A program made the translations under genes and the position numbers. The notes beneath the pieces were generated by a model, which saw only the letters and a list, made by a program, of their open reading frames with translations, was not told where the DNA came from and ran no database searches. From the NCBI RefSeq assembly GCF_009914755.1, contig NC_060944.1: DNA of 64,000 nucleotides; one strand, written 5' to 3'. Shown piece after piece: positions 25,043 through 37,641 of this stretch. Source of the stretch: the human T2T-CHM13v2.0 reference genome, Homo sapiens. Every line of letters begins with the position of its first letter. Position 1 is the stretch's first letter.

Positions 25043-28000
25043 AATTCTCAGTAACTACTTTGTGATGTGTGTACTCAACTCACAGAGTTGAACTTTTCTT
25101 TTGAAAGAGAAGTTTTGAAACACTCTTTTTGTAGAATCTGCAAATGGGCATGTAGCCTGCTTTGAGGCCTTCATTGGAAACGGGAATATCTTCACATAAA
25201 ACTAGACAGAAGCATTCTCAGAAACTTCGTTGTGATGTGTGCATTCAACTCCCAGAGTTGAACCTCTCTTTTGATAGAGCAGTTCTGAAACAATCTTCTT
25301 GTGGTATCTGGAAGCGGACGTTTGGAGCGATTCGAGGCCTACGGTGAAAAGGGCAATATCTTCACCTAAAAACTAGACAGAAGCATTCTCAGAAACTGCT
25401 TTGTGATATGTGTAGTCAACTCACGGAGTTGAAACTTTGTTTTGATGCAGCAGTTTTGAAACACTCTTTTTGTTAGAATCTTCAAGTGGATATTTGGATA
25501 GCTTTGAGGCTTTCATTGGAAACGGGAATATCTACACATAAGAACTAGACAGAAGCATTCTCAGAAAGTTCTTTATGAAGTTCGCATTCAACTCACAGAG
25601 TTGTACCTTCCTTTTCACACAGCAGTTTTGAGACATTCTTTTTGTAGAATCTGGGAGTGGACAGTTGGAGTGACTTGAGAACTAGGGTGAAAAAGGAATA
25701 TCTTCCCATAAAAAGTAGACAGAAGCATTCTCAGAAACGACTTTCTGATTTGTGTACTCAACTCACAGAGTTAAACCTTTCCTTTGATACAGCAGTTCGG
25801 AAACACTCTTCTTGTAGACTTTACAAGCGGATATAAGGACAGCAGTGAGGATTTCATCAGAAACGGAATATCTGCACATAAAAGCAGACAGAAGCATTCT
25901 CAGAAAGTTCTTTGTAATGTGTGCATTCAACTCACAGAGTTGAAACTTTCTTCTGATAGAGCAGATTGGAAGCCCTCTTTTTGTAGAATTTGCAAGTGGA
26001 TATCTGGACAGCTTTGAGGCCTTCCCTGGAAACGAGTGTATCTTCACATAAACACTAGACAGAAGCATCCTCAGAAACTTGTTGGTGATGCTTGCATTCA
26101 ACTCACAGAATTGAACATGGCTTTTCCTAGAGCAGTTTTGAAACACTCTTTTTGTAGTATCTGGAAGTGGACATTTGGAGCACTTTGAGGCCTAGGGTGA
26201 AAAAGGAAATATCTTCACATAAAAACTAGACAGAAGCATTCTCTGAAACTTCTTTGTGATGTGTGTACTCAACTCACAGAGTTGAACTTTTCTTCTCATA
26301 GATCAGATTTGAAACCCTCTTTTTGTAGACTCTGCAGGTGCATATTTGGATAGCTTTGAGGATTCCATTGGAAACGGGAATATCTTCCCATAAAAACTAG
26401 AAAGAAGCATTCTCAGAAACTTCTTTGTGATGCTTGCTTTCAACACACAGAGTTGAACATTCCCTTTCATACAGCAGTTTTGAAACACTCTTTTTGTAGT
26501 ATCTGGAAGTGGACCTTTGGAGCGCTTTGAGGCCTAGGGTGAAAAAGGAAATATCCTCACCTAAAAACTAGACAGAAGCATTCTCAGAAACTTCTTTGTG
26601 ATGTGTGTAGTCAACTCACAGAGTTGAACCTTTCTTTTGATACAGCAGTTTTGAAACACTCTTTTTGTAGAATCTGCAAGTGGTTATTTTGATAGCTTTG
26701 AGGCTTTCATTGGAAACGGGAATATCTTCACATAAAAACTAGACAGAAGCATTCTCAGAAACTTCTTTATGAAGTTTGCATTCAACTCACAGAGTTGAAC
26801 TTTCCGTTCCATACAGCAGTTTTGAAACTCTCTTTTTCTAGAATATTTAAGTGGAAACTTGTAGCGCTTCGAGGCCTATGGTGAAAAAGGGAATATCTTC
26901 CCATAAAAAGTAGACAGAAGAATGCTCAGTAACTACATTGTGATGTGTGTAATCAACTCACAGAGTTGAACTTTTCTTTTGAAAGAGAAGATTTGAAACA
27001 CTCTTTTTGTAGAATCTGCAAATGGGTATTTAGCCTGCTTTGAGGCCTTCACTGGAAACGGGAATATCTTCTCATAAAACTAGACGGAAGCATTCTCAGA
27101 AACTTCGTTGTGATGGGTGCATTCAACTCCCAGAGTTGAACCTCTCTTTTGTTAGAGCAGTTCTGAAACAATCTTTTTGTGGTATCTGGAAGTGGACGTT
27201 TGGAGCGATTCGAGGCCTATGGTGAAAAAGGCAATATCTTCACCTAAAAACTAGACAGAAGCATTCTCAGAAACTGCTTTGTGATATGTGCAGTCAACTC
27301 ACGGAGTTGAAACTTTGTTTTGATGCAGCAGTTTTGAAACACTCTTTTTGTTAGAATCTTCAAGTGGATATTTGGATAGCTTTGAGGCTTTCATTGGAAA
27401 CGGGAATATCTACACATAAGAACTAGACAGAAGCATTCTCAGAAAGTTCTTTATGAAGTTCGCATTCAACTCACAGAGTTGTACCTTCCTTTTCGCACAG
27501 CAGTTTTGAGACATTCTTTTTGTAGAATCTGCAAGTGGACACTTGGAGTGACTTGAGAACTAGGGTGAAACAGGAATATCTTCCCATAAAAAGTAGACAG
27601 AAGCATTCTCAGAAACGACTTTCTGATTTGTGTACTCAACTCACAGAGTTAAACGTTTCCTTTGATACAGCAGTTCGGAAACACTCTTCTTGTAGACTTT
27701 ACAAGCGGATATAAGGACAGCAGTGAGGATTTCATCAGAAATGGAATATCTGCACATAAAAGCAGACAGAAGCATTCTCAGAAAGTTCTTTGTAATGTGT
27801 GCATTCAACTCACAGAGTTGAAAGTTTCTTTTGATAGAGCAGATTGGAAGCCCTCTTTTTGTAGAATTTGCAAGTGGATATCTGGACAGCTTTGAGGCCT
27901 TCCCTGGAAACGAGTGTATCTTCACATAAACACTAGACAGAAGCATCCTCAGAAACTTGTTGGTGATGCTTGCATTCAACTCACAGAATTGAACGTTTCT

Positions 28001-31000
28001 TTTCCTAGAGCAGTTTTGAAACACTCTTTTTGTAGTATCTGGAAGTGGACATTTGGAGCACTTTGAGGCCTAGGGTGAAAAAGGAAATATCTTCACATAA
28101 AAACTAGACAGAAGCATTCTCTGAAACTTCTTTGTGATGTGTGTACTCAACTCACAGAGTTGAACTTTTCTTCTCATAGATCAGATTTGAAACCCTCTTT
28201 TTGTAGACTCTGCAAGTGCATATTTGGATAGCTTTGAGGATTTCATTGGAAACGGGAATATCTTCCCATAAAAACTAGAAAGAAGCATTCTCAGAAACTT
28301 CTTTGTGATGCTTGCTTTCAACACACAGAGTTGAACATTCCCTTTCATACAGCAGTTTTGAAACACTCTTTTTGTAGTATCTGGAAGTGGACCTTTGGAG
28401 CGCTTTGAGGCCTAGGGTGAAAAAGGAAATATCCTCACCTAAAAACTAGACAGAAGCATTCTCAGAAACTTCTTTGTGATGTGTGTAGTCAACTCACAGA
28501 GTTGAACCTTTCTTTTGATACAGCAGTTTTGAAACACTCTTTTTGTAGAATCTGCAAGTGGTTATTTTGATAGCTTTGAGGCTTTCATTGGAAACGGGAA
28601 TATCTTCACATAAAAACTAGACAGAAGCATTCTCAGAAACTTCTTTATGAAGTTTGCATTCAACTCACAGTGTTGAACTTTCCGTTCCATACAGCAGTTT
28701 TGAAACTCTCTTTTTCTAGAATATTTAAGTGGAAACTTGGAGCGCTTCGAGGCCTATGGTGAAAAAGGGAATATCTTCCCATAAAAAGTAGACAGAAGAA
28801 TGCTCAGTAACTACATTGTGATGTGTGTAATCATCTCACAGAGTTGAACTTTTCTTTTGAAAGAGAAGATTTGAAACACTCTTTTTGTAGAATCTGCAAA
28901 TGGGTATTTAGCCTGCTTTGAGGTCTTCACTGGAAACGGGAATATCTTCTCATAAAACTAGACAGAAGCATTCTCAGAATATTCGTTGTGATGGGTGCAT
29001 TCAACTCCCAGAGTTGAACCTCTCTTTTGTTAGAGCAGTTCTGAAACAATCTTTTTGTGGTATCTGGAAGTGGACGTTTGGAGCGATTCGAGGCCTATGG
29101 TGAAAAGGCAATATCTTCACCTAAAAACTAGACAGAAGCATTCTCAGAAACTGCTTTGTGATATGTGTAGTCAACTCACGGAGTTGAAACTTGGTTTTGA
29201 TGCAGCAGTTTTGAAACACTCTTTTTGTTAGAATCTTCAAGTGCATATTTGGATAGCTTTGAGGCTTTCATTGGAAACGGGAATATCTACACATAAGAAC
29301 TAGACAGAAGCATTCTCAGAAAGTTCTTTATGAAGTTCGCATTCAACTCACAGATTTGTACCTCCCTTTTCACACAGCAGTTTTGAGACATTCTTTTTGT
29401 AGAATCTGCAAGGGGACATTTGGAGTGATTTGAGACATAGGGTGAAAAAGGAATATCTTCCCATAAAAAGTAGACAGAAGCATTCTCAGAAACGACTTTC
29501 TGATTTGTGTACTTAACTCACAGAGTTAAACCTTTCCTTTGATACAGCAGTTTGGAAATACTCTTCTTGTAGAATTTACAAGCGGATATAAGGACAGCAG
29601 TGAGGATTTCATCGGAAAAGGAATATCTTCACATAAAAGTAGACAGAAGCATTCTCAGAAAGTTCTTTGTAATGTGTTCATTCAACTCACAGAGTTGAAA
29701 CTTTCTTTTGATAGAGCAGATTGGAAGCCCTCTTTTTGTAGAATTTGCAAGTGGATATCTGGACAGCTTTGAGGCCTTCCCTGGTAACGAGTGTATCTTC
29801 ACATAAACACTAGACAGAAGCATCCTCAGAAACGTGTTGGTGATGCTTGCATTCAACTCACAGAATTGAACATTTCTTTTCCCAGAGCAGTTTTGAAACA
29901 CTCTTTTTGTAGTATCTGGAAGTGGACATTTGGAGCACTTTGAGGCCTAGGGTGAAAAAGGAAATATCTTCACATAAAAACTAGACAGAAGCATTCTCTG
30001 AAACTTCTTTGTGATGTGTGTACTCAACTCACAGAGTTGAACATTTCTTCCCATAGATCAGATTTGAAACCGACTTTTTGTAGATTCTGCAAGTGCATAT
30101 TTGGATAGCTTTGAGGATTTCATTGGAAACGGGAATATCTTCCCATAAAAACGAGAAAGAAGCATTCTCAGAAACTTCTTTGTGATGCTTGCATTCAACT
30201 CACAGAGTTGAACATTCCCTTTCATACAGCAGTTTTGAAACAGTCTTTTTGTAGTATCTGGAAGTGGACTTTTGGCGTACTTTGAGGCCTAGGGTGAAAA
30301 AGGAAATATCCTCACTTAAAAACTAGACAGAAGCATTCTCAGAAACTTCTTTGTGATGTGTGTAGTCAACTCACAGAGTTGAACCTTTCTTTTGATACAG
30401 CAGTTTTAAAACACTCTTTTTGTAGAATCTGCAAGTGGTTATTTTGATAGTTTGAGGCTTTCATTGGAAACGGGAATATCTTCACATAAAAACTAGACAG
30501 AAGCATTCTCAGAAACTTCTTTATGAAGTTTGCATTCAACACACAGAGTTGAACATTCCGTTCCATACAGCAGTTTTGAAACTCTCTTTTTCTAGAATCT
30601 GTAAGTGGAAACTTGGACCGCTTCGAGGCCTATGGTGAAAAAGGGAATATCTTCCAATAAAAAGTAGACAGAAGAATTCTCAGTACCTACTTTGTGAAGT
30701 GTGTACTCAACTCACAGAGTTGAACTTTTCTTTTGAAAGAGAAGTTTTGAAACACTCTTTTTGCAGAATCTGCAAATGTGTATTTAGCCTGCTTTAAGGC
30801 CTTCATTGGAAACAGGAATATCTTCAAATAAAACTAGACAGAAGCATTCTCAGAAACTTCGTTGTGATGTGTGCATTCAACTCCCAGAGTTGAACCTTTC
30901 ATTTGATAGAGCAGTTCTGAAACAATCTTTTTGTGGTATCTGGAAGTGGACGTTTGGAGCGATTCGAGGCCTATGATGAAAAAGGCAATATCTTCACCTA

Positions 31001-31993
31001 AAAATTAGACAGAAGCATTCTCAGAAACTGCTTTGTGATATGTGTAGTCAAGTCACGGAGTTGAAACTTGGTTTTGATGCAGCAGTTTTGAAACACTCTT
31101 TTTGTTAGAATCTTCAAGTGGATATTTGGATAGCTTTGAGGCTTTCATTGGAAACGGGAATATCTACACATAAGAACTAGACAGAAGCATTCTCAGAAAG
31201 TTCTTTATGAAGTTCGCATTCAACTCACAGAGTTGTAACTCCCTTTTCACACAGCAGATTTCAGACATTCTTTTTGTAGAATCTGCAAGGGGACATTTGG
31301 AGTGATTTGAGACATAGGGTGAAAAAGGAATATCTTCCCATAAAAAGTAGACAGAAGCATTCTCAGAAACGACTTTCTGATTTGTGTACTCAACTCACAG
31401 AGTTAAACCTTTCCTTTGATACAGCAGTTTGGAAACACTCTTCTTGTAGAATTTACAAGCGGATATAAGGACAGCAGTGAGGATTTCATTGGAAACGGAA
31501 TATCTTCACATAAAAGTAGACAGAAGCATTCTCAGAAATTTCTTTGTAATGTGTGCATTCAAATCACGAGTGGAAACTTTCTTTTGATAGAGCAGATTGG
31601 AAGCCCTCTTTTTGTAGAATTTGCAAGTGGATATCTGGACAGCTTTGAGGCCTTCCCTGGAAACGAGTGTATCTTCACATAAACACTAGACAGAAGCATC
31701 CTCAGAAACTTGTTGGTGATGCTTGCATTCAACTCACAGAATTGAACATTTCTTTTCCTAGAGCAGTTTTGAAACACTCTTTTTGTAGTATCTGGAAGTG
31801 GACATTTGGAGCACTTTGAGGCCTAGGGTGAAAAAGGAAATAGCTTCACATAAAAACTAGACAGAAGCATTCTCTGAAACTTCTTTGTGATGTGTGTACT
31901 CAACTCACAGAGTTGAACTTTTCTTCTCATAGATCAGATTTGAAACCCTCTTTTTGTAGAGTCTGCAAGTGCATAATTGGATAGCTTTGAGGA

Positions 31994-32010
31994 TTTCGTT
32001 GGAAACGGGA
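31994..32010 (+). promoter_or_regulatory. Intact CENP-B box (TTTCGTTGGAAACGGGA) in monomer M8
   Basis: Exact match to the 17-bp consensus YTTCGTTGGAARCGGGA. Binding itself is not shown by sequence. Confidence 0.9.
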
Positions 32011-35000
32011 ATATCTTCCCATAAAAACTAGAAAGAAGCATTCTCAGAAACTTCTTTGTGATGCTTGCATTCAACTTACAGAGTTGAACATTCCCTTTCA
32101 TACAGCAGTTTGGAAACACTCTTTTTGTAGTATCTGGAAGTGGAACTTTGGAGTCATTTGAGGCCCACGGTGAAAAAGGAAATATCCTCACCTAAGAACT
32201 AGACAGAAGCATTCTCAGAAACTTCTTTGTGATGTGTGTAGTCAACTCACAGAGTTGAAGCTTTCTTTTGATACAGCAGTTTTGAAACACTCTTTTTGTA
32301 GAATCTGCAAGTGGTTATTTTGATAGCTTTGAGGCTTTGATTGGAAACGGGAATATCTTCACATAAAAACTAGACAGAAGCATTCTCGGAAACTTCTTTA
32401 TGAAGTTTGCATTCAACTCACACAGTTGAAATTTCCGTTCCATACAGCAGTTTTGAAACTCTCTTTTTCTAGAATCTGTAAGTGGAAACTTGGAGCGCTT
32501 CGAGGCCTATGGTGAAAAAGGGAATATCTTCCCATAAAAAGTAGACAGAAGAATGCTCAGTAACTACTTTGTGATGTGTGTACTCAACTCACAGAGTTGA
32601 ACTTTTCTTTTGAAAGAGAAGTTTTGAAACACTCTTTTTGTAGAATCTGCAAATGGGTATTTAGCCTGCTTTGAGGCCTTCATTGGAAACGGGAATATCT
32701 TCACATAAAACTAGACAGAAGCATCCTCAGAAACTTCGTTGTGATGTGTGCATTCAACTCCCAGAGCTGAACCTTTCTTTTGATAGAGCAGTTCGGAAAC
32801 AATCTTTTTGTGGTAACTGGAAGTGGACGTTTGGAGCGATTCGAAGCCTATGGTGAAAAACGCAATATCTTCACCTAAAAACTAGACAGAAGCATTCTCA
32901 GAAACTGCTTTGTGATATGTGTAGTCAACTCACGGAGTTGAAACCTGGTTTTGATGCAGCAGTTTTGAAACACTCTTTTTGTTAGAATCTTCAAGTGGAT
33001 ATTTGAATAGCTTTGAGGCTTTCATTGGAAACGGGAATATCTACACATAAGAACTAGACAGAAGCATTCTCAGAAAGTTCTTTATGAAGTTCGCATTCAA
33101 CTCACAGAGTTGTACCTTCCTTTTCACACAGCAGTTTTGAGACATTCTTTTTGTAGAATCTGCAAGTGGACATTTGGAGTGATTTGAGACATAGGGAGAA
33201 AAAGGAATATCTTCCCATAAAAAGTCGACAGAAGCATTCTCAGAAACGACTTTCTGATTTGTGTACTCAACACAGAGAGTTAAACCTTTCCTTTGATACA
33301 GCAGTTCGGAAACACTCTTCTTGTAGAATTTACAAGCGGACATAAGGACAGCAGTGAGGATTTCATCGGAAACGGAATATCTTCACATAAATGTAGACAG
33401 AAGCATTCTCATAAGGTTCCTTGTAATGTGTGTATTCAACTCACAGAGTTGAAACTTTCTTTTGATACAGCAGATTGGAAGCCCTCTTTTTGTAGAATTT
33501 GCAAGTGGATATCTGGACAGATTTGAGGCCTTCCCTGGAAACGAGTGTATCTTCACATAAACACTAGACAGAAGCATCCTCAGAAACTTGTTGGTGATGC
33601 TTGCATTCAACTCACAGAATTGAACGTTTGTTTTCCTAGAGCAGTTTTGAAACACTCTTTTTGTAGTAACTGGAAGTGGACATTTGGAGCACTTTGAGGC
33701 CTAGGGTGAAAAAGAAATTATCTTCACATAAAAACTAGACAGAAGCATTCTCTGAAACTTCTTTGTGATGTGTGTACTCAACTCACAGAGTTGAACTTTT
33801 CTTCTCATAGATCAGATTTGAAACCCTCTTTTTGTAGAGTCTGCAAGTGCATATTTGGATAGCTTTGAGGATTTCATTGGAAACGGGAATATCTTCCCAT
33901 AAAAACTAGAAAGAAGCATTTTCAGAAACTTCTTTTTGATGCTTGCATTCAACACACAGAGTTGAACATTCCCTTTCATACAGCAGTTTTGAAACACTCT
34001 TTTTGTAGTACCTGGAAGTGGACATTTGGAGTGCTTTGAGGCCTAGGGTGAAAAAGGAAATACCCTCACCTAAAAAGTAGACAGAAGCATTCTCAGAAAC
34101 TTCTTTGTGATGTGTGTAGTCAACTCACAGAGTTGAACCTTTCTTTTGATACAGCAGTTTTGAAACACTCTTTTTGTAGTATCTGCAAGTGGTTATTTTG
34201 ATAGCTTTGAGGCTTTGATTGGAAACGGGAATATCTTCACATAAAAACTAGACAGAAGCATTCTCAGAAACTTCTTTATGAAGTTTGCATTCAACTCACA
34301 GAGTTGAACTTTCCGTTCCATACAGCAGTTTTGAAACTCTCTTTTTCTAGAATCTGTAATGGAAACTAGGAGCGCTTCGAGTCCTATGGTGAAAAAGGGA
34401 ATATCTTCCCATAAAAAGTAGACAGAAGAATGCTGAGTAACTACTTTGTGATGTGTGTACTCAACTCACGGAGTTGAACTTTTCTTTTGAAAGAGAAGTT
34501 TTGAAACACCCTTTTTGTAGAATCTGCAAATGGGTATGTAGCCTGCTTTGAGGCCTTCATTGGAAACGGGAATATCTTCACATAAAACTAGACAGAAGCA
34601 TTCTCAGAAACTTCGTTGTGTTGTGTGCATTCAACTCCCAGAGTTGAACCTCTCTTTTGATAGAGCAGCTCTGAAACAATCTTTTTGTGGTATCTGGAAG
34701 TGGACGTTTGGAGAGATTCGAGGCCTATGGTGAAAAAGGCAATATCTTCAGCTAAAAAATAGACAGAAGCATTCTCAGAAACTGCTTTGTGATATGTGTA
34801 GTCAACTCGCGGAGTTGAAACTTTGTTTTGATGCAGCAGTTTTTAAACACTCTTTTTGTTAGAATCTTCAAGTGGATATTTGGATAGCTTCGAGGCTTTC
34901 ATTGGAAACGGGAATATCTACACATAAGAACTAGACAGAAGCATTCTCAGAAAGTTCTTTATGAAGTTCGCATTCAACTCACAGAGTTGTACCTTCCTTT

Positions 35001-37624
35001 TCACACAGCAGTTTTGAGACATTCTTTTTGTAGAATCTGCAAGTGGACATTTGGAGTGATTTGAGACATAGGGTGAAAAAGGAATATCTTCCCATAAAAA
35101 GTCGACAGAAGCATTCTCAGAAACGACTTTCTGATTTGTGTACTCAACTCACAGAGTTAACCCTTTCCTTTGATACAGCAGTTTGGAAACACACTTCTTG
35201 TAGAATTTACAAGCGGATATAAGGACAGCAGTGAGGAATTCATCGGAAACGGAATATCTTCACATAAAAGTAGACAGAAGCATTATCAGAAAGTTCTTTG
35301 TAATGTGTGCATTCATCTCACAGAGTTGAATCTGTCTTTGATAGAGCAGATTGGAAGCCCTCTTTTTGTAGAATTTGCAAGTGGTTATCTAGACAGCTTT
35401 GAGGCCTTCCCTGTAAATGAGTGTATCTCCACATAAACACTAGACAGAAGCATCCTCAGAAACTTGTTGGTGATGCTTGCATTCAACTCACAGAATTGAA
35501 CATTTCTTTTCCTAGAGCAGTTTTGAAACACTCTTTTTGTAGTATCTGGAAGTGGACATTTGGAGCACTTTGAGGCCTAGGGTGAAAAAGGAAATAGCTT
35601 CACATAAAAACTAGACAGAAGCATTCTTGAAACTTCTTTGTGAAGTGTGTACTCAACTCACAGAGTTGAACTTTTCTTCTCATAGATCAGATTTGAAACC
35701 CTCTTTTTGTAGAGTCTGCAAGTGCATATTTGGATAGCTTTGAGGATTTCATTGGAAACGGGAATATCTTCCCATAAAAACTAGAAAGAAGCATTCTCAG
35801 AAACTTCTTTGTGATGCTTGCATTCAACTCACAGAGTTGAACATTCCCTTTCATACAGCAGTTTGGAAACACTCTTTTTCTAGAATCTGGAAGTGGACCA
35901 TTGGAGCGCTTTGAGGCCTAGGGTGAAAAAGGAAATATCCTCACCTAAGAATTAGACAGAAGCATTCTCAGAAACTTCTTTGTGATGTGTGTAGTCAACT
36001 CACAGAGTTAAACCTTTCTTTTGATACAGCAGTTTTGAAACACTCTTTTTGTAGAATCTGCAAGTGGTTATTTTCATAGCTTTGAGGCTTTGATTGGAAA
36101 CGGGAATATCTTCACATAAAAACTAGACAGAAGCATTCTCAGAAACTTCTTTATGCAGTTTGCATTCAACTCACAGAGTTGAAGTTTCCGTTCCATACAG
36201 CAGTTTTGAAACTCTCTTTTTCTAGAATCTGTAAGTGGAAACTTGGAGCGCTTCGAGGCCTATGGTGAAAAAGGGAATATCTTCCCATAAAAAGTAGACA
36301 GAAGAATGCTCAGTAACTACTTTGTTATGTGTGTACTCAACTCACAGAGTTGAACTTTTCTTTTGAAAGACAAGTTTTGAAACACTCTTTTTGTAGCATC
36401 TGCAAATGGGTATGTAGCCTGCTTTGAGGCCTTCATTGGAAACGGGAATATCTTCAAATAAAACTAGACAGAAGCATTCTCAGAAACTTCGTTGTGATGT
36501 GTGCATTCAATTCCCAGAGTTGAACCTCTCTTTTGATAGAGCAGTTCTGAAACAATCTTTTTGAGGTATCTGGAAGTGGACGTTTGGAGCGATTCGAGGC
36601 CTATGGTGAAAAAGGCAATATCTTCACCTAAAAACTAGACAGAAGCATTCTCAGAAACTACTTTGTGATATGTGTAGTCAACTCACGGAGTTGAAACTTG
36701 GTTTTGATGCAGGAGTTTTGAAACACTCTTTTTGTTAGAATCTTCAAGTGGATATTTGGATAGCTTTGAGGCTTTCATTGGAAACGGGAATATCTACACA
36801 TAAGAACTAGACAGAAGCATTCTCAGAAAGTTCTTTATGAAGTTCGCATTCAAATCACAGAGTTGTACCTTCCTTTTCACACAGCAGTTTTGAGACATTC
36901 TTTTTGTAGAATCTGCAAGTGGACATTTGGAGTGATTTGAGACATAGGGTGAAAAAGGTATATCTTCCCATAAAAAGTAGACAGAAGCATTCTCAGAAAC
37001 GACTTTCTGATTTGTGTACTCAACTCACAGAGTTAACCCTTTCCTTTGATACAGCAGTTTGGAAACACTCTTGTTGTAGAATTTGCAAGCGGATATAAGG
37101 ACAGCAGTGAGGATTTCATCGGAAACGGAATATCTTCACATAAAAGTAGACAGAAGCATTCTCAGAAAGTTCTTTGTAATGTGTGCATTCAACTCACAGA
37201 GTTGGAACTTTCTTTTGATAGAGCAGATTGGAAGCCCTCTTTTTGTAGAATTTGCAAGTGGATATCTGGACAGCTTTGAGGCCTTCCCTGGAAACGAGTG
37301 TATCTTCACATAAACACTAGACAGAAGCATCCTCAGAAACATGTTGGTGATGCTTGCATTCAACTCACAGAATTGAACATTTCTTTTCCTAGAGCAGTTT
37401 TGAAACACTCTTTTTGTAGTATCTGGAAGTAGACATTTGGAGCACATTGAGGTCTAGGGTGAAAAAGGTAATAGCTTCACATAAAAACTAGACAGAAGCA
37501 TTCTCTGAAACTTCTTTGTGATGTGTGTACTCAACTCACAGATTTGAACTTTTCTTCTCATAGATCAGATTTGAAACCCTCTTTTTGTAGAGTCTGCAAG
37601 TGCATACTTGGATAGCTTTGAGGA

Positions 37625-37641
37625 TTTCGTTGGAAACGGGA
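37625..37641 (+). promoter_or_regulatory. Intact CENP-B box in monomer M8
   Basis: tttcgttggaaacggga, exact consensus match. Confidence 0.9.

Noticed and set aside
25763-28024. Longest ORFs (127 aa, minus strand)
   Set aside because: They are extended by chance loss of a stop codon in two adjacent duplicated HORs. No evidence of coding function.
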